DNA of 64,000 nucleotides from positions 1-64,000 of the IMG/VR virus record IMGVR_UViG_3300043105_000062; one strand, 5' to 3'. Below are positions 26,830-36,114 of this stretch, piece by piece. The notes beneath the pieces were generated by a model. The model saw only the letters and a list, made by a program, of their open reading frames with translations, made no database searches and was not told the DNA's origin. Positions within the stretch are counted from its first letter, which is position 1; each line of letters opens with the position of its first letter. The DNA comes from an uncultured virus (IMG/VR IMGVR_UViG_3300043105_000062) (Duplodnaviria; Heunggongvirae; Uroviricota; Caudoviricetes). Both the position numbers and the translations under genes were made by a program.

Positions 26830-29800
26830 TTAGCTACATTTGGAATATCCACACGATGCACAGGTCATACAACCTTCTACCATCTGGATAGGCTCACCGC
26901 ATTTAGGACACTTTGGAGAGTCCACACTGGGTTGCTTGTTTTCTTCCTGATGCTGCTCGCCATGAAGCTCCTTTTGCAACTCGTTATACATATCAATCAA
27001 AGCATAACCGATTGCTACCGGACAGCTCGAACCGATTGAAGTGTCTTTGCGAGTGGCTTTTCTAACAGCGTAAGACGGACACGTGCCGGCACTCTTTAGC
27101 TGGTCAACAATGTCATGGATTGAAATATTACCACGAGCAGCCAAAGAGACCATACGCGACAAGCCAACCATAAACAATGCACAGCCACCTTGTGAGCCCT
27201 TGCTGAAGTATGTCTCCAGTAATTGTCCCGTGTGACGGTCAAAGAACGCTGTGAGATGCAAAGTACCACAGCCGGTAACAAGAGTGCGCTTACGACCGAT
27301 ACAGTCGTCTGAAGCTTTCTTGACTTTTGTCGGAGCGTTCTCGTCAACAGGCTCAGCTTCTTTTTTAGGCTCTTCCTTTTTATCGGTTGAGAGGATAGCT
27401 TGACGTTGACAACCGTCACGCCATATTGTGATACCTTTCAAACCGTTTATCCAAGCTTCCATGTAAAGGTCAGCAACATCTTCAATAGTGGCACTGTTAG
27501 GCAGATTAACGGTAGAGCTAATTGATGCGTCGATGTATTTCTGAAGCATTGCCTGAACGCGAACACGGTCATGGTAATCAATGTCAGCAGAGGATACAAA
27601 ATAGTCTGGAAGCTCCGTCATGCCGGTCGCCTTTCTGAAGTCAGATACGATTTTGGTATCTACTTTATATGTTGTTTCTTCAGAGTTCAAAGAAACGGTA
27701 CGTCGATTATAAGAGAAAGCGAAGTTTGGTTCAACGCCGGTGCTCACCTGAAGCATTGTGCCGATTGTTCCAGTCGGGGCGCAAGTCAAAAGCTGAGAGT
27801 TGTAAAGACCGTACTCCTTAATTTCGTCCAGAATTGAATCCGGCAAATCTAAGTACTGAACGAAATCAGACTTGACGATTGCTTCTTTGATTTCTGGTGA
27901 ACATTTAGGGAACGCTCCATACTGTTTTGCCATCTGAAGCGAGGCGTGTACTGCTGAAGCGGCGATAATATGATAGACTGAGCGGATTGTTTCTAATGAT
28001 TCACGAGAGCCATATTTCAAGCCGCACATGATGAGCATATCACCAAGACCAAGAGTGCCAAGACCAATTTGCCTCCAATCTCTCACAGCGTCACGTTGCT
28101 CCTGAAGCGGATGAAGCGGTAAGCCTTCCATGAGCACATCGTTCAAAGCCCTTACAGCTACTTCCACTATCTCAGCCAAACGGTCAGTGTCAATGAAAGC
28201 AACGTTGGTAAATGGATGCACGACGAACTTGCTGAGGTTAATACTACCAAGCAGGCAGCTTCCACCGGCTGGCAGGGGTTCTTCGGCGCATGGGTTCACA
28301 CCAGCGTATTCAAACCCTGTATTCTGGAGTAGATTGTAATTAGCAATTCGGTCCCAATAAAGGATGCCCGGTTCAGCCATCTCCCAGTTACGTTTCGCCA
28401 AGAGCACAAATACTTCTTTAGCGTTGATAACCTTTTTGATTTCTGAGCCATCTTCCAATGTGAAATGTAGTGTGAAGTCAGCGTTGTTTTCTACCGCCTT
28501 CATAAAGGCGTCTGTTACGCGCACCGAGATGTTTGCTTTGGTGCATACATCCAGATTTGACTTGAGATTAATGAACTCGATAAGGTCGGGATGCTCACAA
28601 GAAATGCTAAGCATTGTTGCTCCGCGCCGGCCCTCTTGACCGATTAATCCAGTCACATAACTGTAAAAGTCCATGAAACTGGTAGTTCCTGAAGTAGTTT
28701 TCGCAGCGTTGTTTACTGGTGCTGATTTCGGGCGAAGCTTACTTACATCCAGTCCGCATCCACCGCCATAACTAAATGTACGTGCCATTTTTGCGCCAGC
28801 CTCGAAAATTGATTCCAAGTTGTCTTCAGGCGGCGTACACACGTAACAGTTATGTGTTTTAATGCCACCGTCTAACGCAAAACTATGTGTTTCTGGAACA
28901 ACAGCGCAATACACGTCTGCACATGTATTCAAGTCCTCAACACGGTTTACTCGCCAATCTTTAGAGCATCGAAATGGGTTTTGCATGAAACGTTCACGAT
29001 GCTTGGTTCTAATAAAGAAGTTCGTATTTAGATATTCCTTGTTGAGAGACAAGATATAAATTGTCCCAGTTTCGCCGTTCAGATTGCTAACACGAGTTTG
29101 TTGACGTATTTCTTCATTAGGGATGCCAAGAACGCACAACACACTTTGAGCATATTCCAAATCTTCACGATGTGACGAACATAGCACACATGAGCCACGC
29201 ATATCCACAGACCCATCAGCTGCAAAATAACCAGCCAACCATCCATACAGATACGACTTCGCTTCATGTAAGTCAGGATATGAATTGAAAAAGCGTGGCT
29301 GTCCACAAATTGTGATGGTGTCCCCAGAATGTCCAATAGTATCAGGGGTGAAATAAGGAATCAAATCCTCCTTACCAACGCAGATATTTACTCGACGTCC
29401 TGGCTTATTGGGGTTATGATCGCCGTCCCCATGAAAGAATCCATGTGCCACCCCTACTGGATTAGGCTTATATTGTCGGTAACACTTCATTACTTCTTTT
29501 GGAATAATGTCACCGAACTTCAGTTCATCTGTGGTTTTAAGCACAAAAGCCCCATCGCCTTCTTTAACGTACCATTGGTGATTTCCTGTCACGTCAAAAG
29601 AGCGAACTGTATTTCCACGTTTGAGATAAATGCGCTTGATTGGTTGCACACCAAAATGCTCTACGTGAGCGTCACGCCAAGAGCTATTGGATAAAACTTT
29701 AATATCTTTGCCTTGACGATATAAAGTTTCTAAAGTTTGAATACCGCTATCTGTAAAGATTTTGGTATTGCCCGTAAAACAGTTACTTAAAGTTAAGCGT

Positions 29801-29997
29801 CTTCCAGTTACGCCACGATTAGATAAAATGCGACCGGCGAAGATAAATTTTTGATCACGAATTAAAGCTTTTACTTCTTCGTCCTGTCCTGAAACTCTAT
29901 CAAGCCATTGCTCGAAGTCTTCCCCGTTTTGCTGGTATTTCTTCTTCCAAATGGTGATAGGCAAATCCTCGTTGTTAAGCCATTCTTGTATGGTCAT
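26830..29997 (-). CDS. nrdJ: Class II (B12-dependent) ribonucleotide reductase with intein
   Basis: GGGCG, RRGA, NPCAE, CLLGSINL, APTGT, ISSTVNLP, KGITIWRDG, C-terminal TSCPD-like domain and Zn ribbon; no nrdB nearby. Confidence 0.92.
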   Translation of the reverse strand: MTIQEWLNNEDLPITIWKKKYQQNGEDFEQWLDRVSGQDEEVKALIRDQKFIFAGRILSNRGVTGRRLTLSNCFTGNTKIFTDSGIQTLETLYRQGKDIKVLSNSSWRDAHVEHFGVQPIKRIYLKRGNTVRSFDVTGNHQWYVKEGDGAFVLKTTDELKFGDIIPKEVMKCYRQYKPNPVGVAHGFFHGDGDHNPNKPGRRVNICVGKEDLIPYFTPDTIGHSGDTITICGQPRFFNSYPDLHEAKSYLYGWLAGYFAADGSVDMRGSCVLCSSHREDLEYAQSVLCVLGIPNEEIRQQTRVSNLNGETGTIYILSLNKEYLNTNFFIRTKHRERFMQNPFRCSKDWRVNRVEDLNTCADVYCAVVPETHSFALDGGIKTHNCYVCTPPEDNLESIFEAGAKMARTFSYGGGCGLDVSKLRPKSAPVNNAAKTTSGTTSFMDFYSYVTGLIGQEGRRGATMLSISCEHPDLIEFINLKSNLDVCTKANISVRVTDAFMKAVENNADFTLHFTLEDGSEIKKVINAKEVFVLLAKRNWEMAEPGILYWDRIANYNLLQNTGFEYAGVNPCAEEPLPAGGSCLLGSINLSKFVVHPFTNVAFIDTDRLAEIVEVAVRALNDVLMEGLPLHPLQEQRDAVRDWRQIGLGTLGLGDMLIMCGLKYGSRESLETIRSVYHIIAASAVHASLQMAKQYGAFPKCSPEIKEAIVKSDFVQYLDLPDSILDEIKEYGLYNSQLLTCAPTGTIGTMLQVSTGVEPNFAFSYNRRTVSLNSEETTYKVDTKIVSDFRKATGMTELPDYFVSSADIDYHDRVRVQAMLQKYIDASISSTVNLPNSATIEDVADLYMEAWINGLKGITIWRDGCQRQAILSTDKKEEPKKEAEPVDENAPTKVKKASDDCIGRKRTLVTGCGTLHLTAFFDRHTGQLLETYFSKGSQGGCALFMVGLSRMVSLAARGNISIHDIVDQLKSAGTCPSYAVRKATRKDTSIGSSCPVAIGYALIDMYNELQKELHGEQHQEENKQPSVDSPKCPKCGEPIQMVEGCMTCASCGYSKCS
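28849..29781 (-). mobile_element. Class 1 intein (311 aa) with LAGLIDADG endonuclease in nrdJ
   Basis: LSN|CFTGNT...VTGNHQW...WLAGYFAADGSV...VYCAVV...IKTHN|CYV. Confidence 0.92.
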
Positions 29998-30722
29998 TTT
30001 GTTGTATTGGATTTGAGGTTTGTTCCTATTTGTTTCTCTGAGAAGTGAGAAACGTAATCTCCGAGTTCAGCTTGGAACTCTGAAGTGTGATTGAATCCAC
30101 AACAGCGCGGTTCTCCGCACAGGCCATTGCGGTACACACACTTGCGAACCATCATAGCAGCTAACTCAGGGTCAATTTTTGCGATTTCATTTTTAATGGC
30201 ACGGAAGACAATCACTGTTTCTTTTGAAGCACACCCAGTACAAAGACGGAGTTTTGCCATGTCAATAAGGGATTGGGCGTTGATACACAGACTGAGGTTC
30301 ACCGGAGTTTGACGGTCTGTGTTTTCTGCAATCCAATCTAATTCTGTGATAATGTTTTCGGCTTCGGCATGAATACCGTTGTGGTAGCTGCCTCCTTTTG
30401 AAAAATGGTCCAAAATAGATTGCAACTGTGTTTTGATTTCCTCTACTCGACCGGGCAAACCTGGATTGCCACCTTTGCGGTCATCTCGGCAAGATAGCTG
30501 GAACGGAACAGAACCAACGTGATGTCGAAGGAGATGAGTGCTCACAAAGAGCGGGATGTTTTTAAGGCTGATCCAGAAGAGTTGGGTCCTCACCGGGGAG
30601 TGTTCAGACTTGTAAAGAGAACTTAACGACGCATGACTCGTTCCCAAGAAAGTCGTTTCGCACGCTTCCCTTAAAAGTTCAATGTCTGTAAGCTTGCGTA
30701 CAGACACAGTAAAGTCCTTCAT
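29994..30722 (-). CDS. thyX: Flavin-dependent thymidylate synthase (ThyX-like)
   Basis: EHSP, VSTHLLRHH, NAQSLI...KLRLC...ET motifs; adjacent to nrdJ. Confidence 0.75.
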   Translation of the reverse strand: MKDFTVSVRKLTDIELLREACETTFLGTSHASLSSLYKSEHSPVRTQLFWISLKNIPLFVSTHLLRHHVGSVPFQLSCRDDRKGGNPGLPGRVEEIKTQLQSILDHFSKGGSYHNGIHAEAENIITELDWIAENTDRQTPVNLSLCINAQSLIDMAKLRLCTGCASKETVIVFRAIKNEIAKIDPELAAMMVRKCVYRNGLCGEPRCCGFNHTSEFQAELGDYVSHFSEKQIGTNLKSNTTK

Positions 30723-30837
30723 TTATAGGGATTTGCATAATGTTTATTACTGGATTCTGTACTATATCAATTTGAAAAACGGTGTAAAGGTACAAATAAT
30801 TTTCAAAATTATAAAGAAAAGTGCGAATAATTTTTAA

Positions 30838-31281
30838 TCATTCGCACTCATTTGAAAACTGTCTTTTTAGACCATTTTTTCTTATTGTGATAGCTCTGGC
30901 GATGGTCGCTGGGGATGGCGGCTTCTTTACATGGTCTGTCGTGCAGCCCCTTTCACGATACTTTATCAGAGCCTTTCGGAATTGTTCGGTTCGGAAGTAT
31001 GGGTTGGCTGAGCAATAACTGATGGCTTCCACCAAGTCCGCTTCAGGCTTACCATTAGGGCCGACCACTTGCAATATGAGGTCGTACTCTAATGGTGCCT
31101 TTAAGCGTAAATTATAGCCCAGCGGAACTTCATCAAACCGTCTCGGTATTCTTTTTGCTCCGCGCTTTTTTGGCTTTGGTTTCGGCTTGGGCTTCGGCCC
31201 CCGCTTCTTCTGTCGCTTCGGCGGTACATACGGGTTGAACATCGCAAGTAACGTTTTGAATGTTTTCGATAGCCGGCGCAT
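30838..31281 (-). CDS. Basic hypothetical protein (start 31281 or 31242)
   Basis: K/R/P-rich N-terminus, globular-looking C-terminus; the only long ORF filling the gap. Confidence 0.6.
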   Translation of the reverse strand: MRRLSKTFKTLLAMFNPYVPPKRQKKRGPKPKPKPKPKKRGAKRIPRRFDEVPLGYNLRLKAPLEYDLILQVVGPNGKPEADLVEAISYCSANPYFRTEQFRKALIKYRERGCTTDHVKKPPSPATIARAITIRKNGLKRQFSNECE

Positions 31282-31342
31282 AAGCAGCAGCTTCGATTTC
31301 GCGAAGGCTACGGGCCTGCGCTGGTGAATTGTACTTTTTCAT
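31133..31342 (-). CDS. Small hypothetical protein overlapping the downstream gene
   Basis: ATG 2 nt after the upstream stop; 69 aa. Confidence 0.5.
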   Translation of the reverse strand: MKKYNSPAQARSLREIEAAAYAPAIENIQNVTCDVQPVCTAEATEEAGAEAQAETKAKKARSKKNTETV

Positions 31343-31344
31343 TG

Positions 31345-33108
31345 CTATATCATATATGAGAGTGAAAATTCTGTATTGCGGCTACAACTGCTGTCACAAT
31401 AGACAACCGTACAAGCTCTCTGTCCTGCGTCAATCTTGCACACCCAGTTACGGTTGTTGGCAAAAGAGATACAATGTTTAACAGCGTGCGTTGGAGCTTG
31501 GATAGAGTTTGGTATCGTGAATACCGTGCCTGAGTGAACCGTCTTTACTGTACCCTGTACGCTGACGATATTACCAATCTGACGCACATAGAGAGAGTCC
31601 TTAACGAGAATCCAACCAGAGTCTGTTAGCTTAGTCTGGAACTCATCAACGGCAGCAGCTCCAATATTATCACGGATTTTCTTCTTGTTGGCATCTGACG
31701 TAGCCATATCAGAGAGGAAGTTGCTCAGTTTGGCATAACTGCTAAGCTCTGATGAACCGACCGCTCCAATTTGAGTGCGACACACGGCAGCGGTATTTGT
31801 ACTGTTTACGAACTGAGAGAGACCGCCAGCCTTGGTCGCAAACTTTGCATCGGCTTGTGTAGTAGAGTACACATCTGACACGTTAATTTTGCCACCAAGA
31901 GCACTTTCCAAATCTGAAACAATCACATACTTCTCAGACAATAGAACGCCACCTTCTTTAATAGCCGGCCCAATGTTGACCGCCGTACCAGCTGTAACCT
32001 CAATATCGTATGAAGAACAAATGATACGGAAAATCTGGTCGGCGGTGCTGGTAAAACCGGCACGAGCCATAACACTACCGGCGCTGTCTTTCCAAGAGAT
32101 AGCGTTGACAAGGCTTGCGTTATTCTTAGAATAAGTCTTATTCTTGAGAATGAGCGCATCTACCTCATTTGTGGTTATAGTAGTTTGCCCATTTGCGCTG
32201 ATAGAACCTGATGCACCATTGACAGCAAGCAGGATTGAACCTTTGCCATTGCCAATATAAGTGTTGCGGTAATATGAAGAACTATTGCCGTAACCATAGT
32301 AGTTGATGTACAACGAGCTCTCGGCGTTGGCAGTGCCTTGATACAGGTAATTATCGTGCATCACAAGCCCGCCGAAAGTACCCTTGGAAGCTGTAACCGG
32401 CTGATTAAAAGTGATGGCTGACGCATTGATTGTTGCAACCAAGTTACCGTTTACATAAAAACCAAAACCGGTGCCGTCAATCAACGAGAATTTGTATGTA
32501 TTCGTGCCACCTGACAGCGTTACATTGAAAGCTGAACTGTCATAACTCAGTGTGGTAGTCAGAGAACCACTGACAATCTTCACATCCTTGTTAGCCACCA
32601 AGCTACCCAGTGCTTGCAACGTCTTAGAAAAGTTCACAGCGCTGTTTACGGTCTGAGTGTCACTGGCAGGATTAAGCAGAAGCGCATATTTGCCAATGAA
32701 CGCATCCTTCATTCGCTTGCCACCAGTCGATGCAATAGAGATAGACTGAGGAACTTTAGATGTAAGAGGGTCTTTAGTAACAGGAACGGACTTAGCAACC
32801 GCACAGCCATACACATTACGACCAACCTTAGTCGTACCACTTTCATACGGTACACTCTCAGTTGAATTGAGTTCATATATGTACTGAGGCCATGACGAGA
32901 TACCGGTTGCGCCTGAGAACTTGCGCAGCCTTCCGTTAAGGTACACATAGCCGGCGCTGATCGAGCCGGAAGAAACCTCACAGCCACTAACTATGAAGTT
33001 ATCACAATCATCGAAAATCTGGGCGAAAGCCAATGACAGCTCCTGAAGGTTCTCAATGTCATCGGCGTAAGTATAGCGACCACCAGTTTCTGCGCTAAAT
33101 TCTTTCAT
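31345..33108 (-). CDS. Tail fibre/baseplate-associated protein
   Basis: 587 aa, S/T/G-rich; C-terminal DSGW...VRQIGNIVSVQG fibre-like domain; follows baseplate genes. Confidence 0.7.
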   Translation of the reverse strand: MKEFSAETGGRYTYADDIENLQELSLAFAQIFDDCDNFIVSGCEVSSGSISAGYVYLNGRLRKFSGATGISSWPQYIYELNSTESVPYESGTTKVGRNVYGCAVAKSVPVTKDPLTSKVPQSISIASTGGKRMKDAFIGKYALLLNPASDTQTVNSAVNFSKTLQALGSLVANKDVKIVSGSLTTTLSYDSSAFNVTLSGGTNTYKFSLIDGTGFGFYVNGNLVATINASAITFNQPVTASKGTFGGLVMHDNYLYQGTANAESSLYINYYGYGNSSSYYRNTYIGNGKGSILLAVNGASGSISANGQTTITTNEVDALILKNKTYSKNNASLVNAISWKDSAGSVMARAGFTSTADQIFRIICSSYDIEVTAGTAVNIGPAIKEGGVLLSEKYVIVSDLESALGGKINVSDVYSTTQADAKFATKAGGLSQFVNSTNTAAVCRTQIGAVGSSELSSYAKLSNFLSDMATSDANKKKIRDNIGAAAVDEFQTKLTDSGWILVKDSLYVRQIGNIVSVQGTVKTVHSGTVFTIPNSIQAPTHAVKHCISFANNRNWVCKIDAGQRACTVVYCDSSCSRNTEFSLSYMI

Positions 33109-33638
33109 TATGATTCGTATTTGATGATATATGTTTTATTAGCAAGCCGATACTTGTCGATGACATATTTCAGCATTGCGGTATATTTTTGCTCACTAAT
33201 GAGTTTCGTATCAATTTTGGGAGTAGTGACGATGAAGCTCACACTACTTTTGCCGGTTTGCTCATCGCTCCGATAGAGGATTAGCTGGTTAGTATTATTG
33301 TTTTCCGACTTAAAGCGGACAACAGGGTTTTCACTATTAGCAATATTGGCAGACTCCAGATAGAAAGGAACGCCAAGCGTCTCGGAGCTGGTGATTGCTA
33401 TACGACCACCGTTAGCGAAGTACTTACTGAATTTTCGATTGAGATACCACTCAAACTTAAATATCTGAGAGGTCATAGCTGCCTCAATACGGGTTTCCTT
33501 AGCGTACTCTACAAACTCATCATTAACCTGTCGTAACGGATACATGAGGGCTTGTAAGTACAGAATCAGTCTGCGCCCTCCCATGTAGTAGGGCACAAGC
33601 TGATTTATTGTCTTATCGAAATTAATGAAGTACCTCAT
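33108..33638 (-). CDS. Baseplate wedge protein (putative)
   Basis: Follows the J-like gene; C-terminal IDKYRLANKTYII pattern. Confidence 0.6.
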   Translation of the reverse strand: MRYFINFDKTINQLVPYYMGGRRLILYLQALMYPLRQVNDEFVEYAKETRIEAAMTSQIFKFEWYLNRKFSKYFANGGRIAITSSETLGVPFYLESANIANSENPVVRFKSENNNTNQLILYRSDEQTGKSSVSFIVTTPKIDTKLISEQKYTAMLKYVIDKYRLANKTYIIKYES

Positions 33639-34540
33639 ACGTTATCTTCCAGTTTAAGGATTATTGTATCACGCCACAAAGGAATATCAACCTCCTCACC
33701 AGTGCCGGAGCTTTGTTTGATATAGCCTGAGTTTGGTACAACGTAACGGTCAATCTTCACCAATGGGTCATCATTGGTTTTGATGAGGTTGTTATCGTCG
33801 TCATACGAGGCTATATAAATGCCTTGGTAATCGGTGTCTTTAGACGATACCGATACGTCAGTTACGTGCTCTACATTCTGGATGCAGTCAATCACTTTCT
33901 GAGCGTATATCACACCGTTGAAGTCGATATTGGCGATGAAGTCATTCAGTGCTGTTTCAATACTTGTGTACAGGTCGTCTTCAGTCACAGCTCCATCATA
34001 GTACACAACTACTCTTGGAACCAAGATGTCACCAATGCGGCTTACAACTTTCGCGTGTTGACCGGCAAACAAGATTTGGTTGAGATAAGCACGGATAGAC
34101 ACAAGTTCGCTATCATCAATTCGAGAGTACGAACCGGGCTCACCGGTTGCAATCTTAAATCTGACGAGCTTATCGTGAAATCCGGCTTCATCTTCCTCAT
34201 AGTATGCAACTTTTGTGATGACACGTTTTGACGTATCAACACTGGCATACGAGAAAGAAGTGCCCTCGTCATTCATCACCAATTCGTCGCCTGACTGATA
34301 CTTCAGCAGTGCGTTAGCGAAGTAAGCCGGAGTGCCGTTAATGCGGTTCTGAAGGTCTTTTGCAAGGTCAATCTTAAACACATCAACGACATTCTCAAAC
34401 GTCCATATACAAGCAGAAGTGACCCATGTAAATGCGTCCAGCACCGACATCTTAGAGCTGTTTTCAAATTCTGTCAGCTCCAAATAGCTATCACGTTGCG
34501 CTTTAGCTACCGCATATATTTCACTAAGAGTTCGTGCCAT
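33635..34540 (-). CDS. Baseplate J-like wedge protein (putative)
   Basis: MARTLSEI, GT..YFA..L.KYQ.GD, FNG......VID.IQ.V..V.DV. Confidence 0.65.
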   Translation of the reverse strand: MARTLSEIYAVAKAQRDSYLELTEFENSSKMSVLDAFTWVTSACIWTFENVVDVFKIDLAKDLQNRINGTPAYFANALLKYQSGDELVMNDEGTSFSYASVDTSKRVITKVAYYEEDEAGFHDKLVRFKIATGEPGSYSRIDDSELVSIRAYLNQILFAGQHAKVVSRIGDILVPRVVVYYDGAVTEDDLYTSIETALNDFIANIDFNGVIYAQKVIDCIQNVEHVTDVSVSSKDTDYQGIYIASYDDDNNLIKTNDDPLVKIDRYVVPNSGYIKQSSGTGEEVDIPLWRDTIILKLEDNV

Positions 34541-35420
34541 CTGATTGATATAATTGATTGTTAATATAAAATTTCCAAGTATCTGAGACGTTCCACTCAG
34601 GTTCGCCTAAGATTGTGTCAATAGCCGCATATCCACGTGCTCCGGGTTCTGTTGTGAGGTACACAGTACATGGTCTGCGGTCCTCATAATGCTTAACGAC
34701 ATACTCAAGATAATCGTCGATTGCGCTATCGTTTACGAATCGAGCATCCGTTAAATCAAGCTCCTGAAGCCCCATGTCTCCGATAGGCAACAGATTAGCG
34801 ATTGTACTTCTATGTAAATCAACTTTGTATGTGCCATCAAACAATGTCAATCCTGTTAGTACATATCCACAACCGACACAAGTGTATTCGTCAACCGTCA
34901 ATGGCCGACACATTACCAAAGCTCCACCCAGTCCTGTTGTGTCAAGCTGGATGAATTTTAATGTGCTGTTATCGCCATAGATTCTGACTCTGCGCTTTTC
35001 AGTTTCATTGTCAAAATAATGCTCAACCTTTTGTACGCTCGTTGAAAGAGTTATAGTCTCAAGCTCCGAGTTGTCACCCCAGTCAATCACCATAGAACCT
35101 TCTCCTGATGCCTTGAATGTGGCGTATATCATGTCAGCGTTAACTCCGACAATCATAATCAAGTCTTCTTCAGGGCGCTTGAAATATACCTTTCGTGCGC
35201 CTGAAGCCGGAACGATTGACTTATCAGCAAACTCATCCACGATTGTTGAGTTCAAGATAAACCCCTCGTGATACGTCAATTCTTGACCATATACTAAATC
35301 AGTGGTCATGTTAATATCTTCATTGCTGATCAATAGGTCAAACAGCCCTTCAATGCTGCCATATAAATATAATGCAACATCGTACAAATTTTGATTAGGT
35401 TTTACTGTATATGTAGCCAT
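34524..35420 (-). CDS. Baseplate protein with N-terminal LysM/tail-X-like domain
   Basis: YTVKPNQNLYDVALYLYGSIEG; start reassigned to 35420. Confidence 0.65.
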   Translation of the reverse strand: MATYTVKPNQNLYDVALYLYGSIEGLFDLLISNEDINMTTDLVYGQELTYHEGFILNSTIVDEFADKSIVPASGARKVYFKRPEEDLIMIVGVNADMIYATFKASGEGSMVIDWGDNSELETITLSTSVQKVEHYFDNETEKRRVRIYGDNSTLKFIQLDTTGLGGALVMCRPLTVDEYTCVGCGYVLTGLTLFDGTYKVDLHRSTIANLLPIGDMGLQELDLTDARFVNDSAIDDYLEYVVKHYEDRRPCTVYLTTEPGARGYAAIDTILGEPEWNVSDTWKFYINNQLYQSDGTNS

Positions 35421-35421
35421 A

Positions 35422-36114
35422 TTAATCGTCTTCTTGAACTGACAAGTCAAGTTCCATTTGTTGAGTATCGTAATTATATGCAGCGTTCTTAACTGTCACT
35501 CCATCAGCACTAAACTCGTCCTGAAGAACTGTGGTTAAGTCCGTAGAAATCACATTGGTAGAGTTTATCCAACGCGCCAAACCGACTCCTGTTAATGGGT
35601 ATCGGTAATTACCGCCTGGAAAACACGCAAGTAAACAGTTAGCGTTCTGTCTATTTGCCTTGACGATATTAAAATCGGATTGGCTGCTGGAATATATCTC
35701 AGCGATACCATCATGCAAAGAGGCATAAAAGCTCGTTTCCGAGATTGCCGGCAACATCGACGCATACACATTCTTCAAGCCGGTACCATACAGCGACGTT
35801 TGAGCTAAGAACCAATGAGAGCCATCAACCTCGTTTTGCAAATATTCGTAAGTGCCGTCTTCATATACACGGCGTATCCTTAATTTGAACTCCTTATATT
35901 TAGGGGTATAAGGCACTTCAAAATATAAGCCATTATTCTGGATGGTGCGCGTGCTTACAGAATACGGAACGTCTATCTCGCCATATATATAGCGAGATAA
36001 CATAGCGGCTGTTTCGTCGTCATCGACCCACTTGAATGTTCTCAGTCTCAATTTATTCTGAGCGTCAAGAGCAACGTCGCCTGTTTGAATATGTAATTCT
36101 ATATCTTTACGCAT
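35422..36114 (-). CDS. Baseplate protein (possibly gp25-like)
   Basis: GNYRYPLTGVG motif; position in the baseplate cluster. Confidence 0.5.
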   Translation of the reverse strand: MRKDIELHIQTGDVALDAQNKLRLRTFKWVDDDETAAMLSRYIYGEIDVPYSVSTRTIQNNGLYFEVPYTPKYKEFKLRIRRVYEDGTYEYLQNEVDGSHWFLAQTSLYGTGLKNVYASMLPAISETSFYASLHDGIAEIYSSSQSDFNIVKANRQNANCLLACFPGGNYRYPLTGVGLARWINSTNVISTDLTTVLQDEFSADGVTVKNAAYNYDTQQMELDLSVQEDD

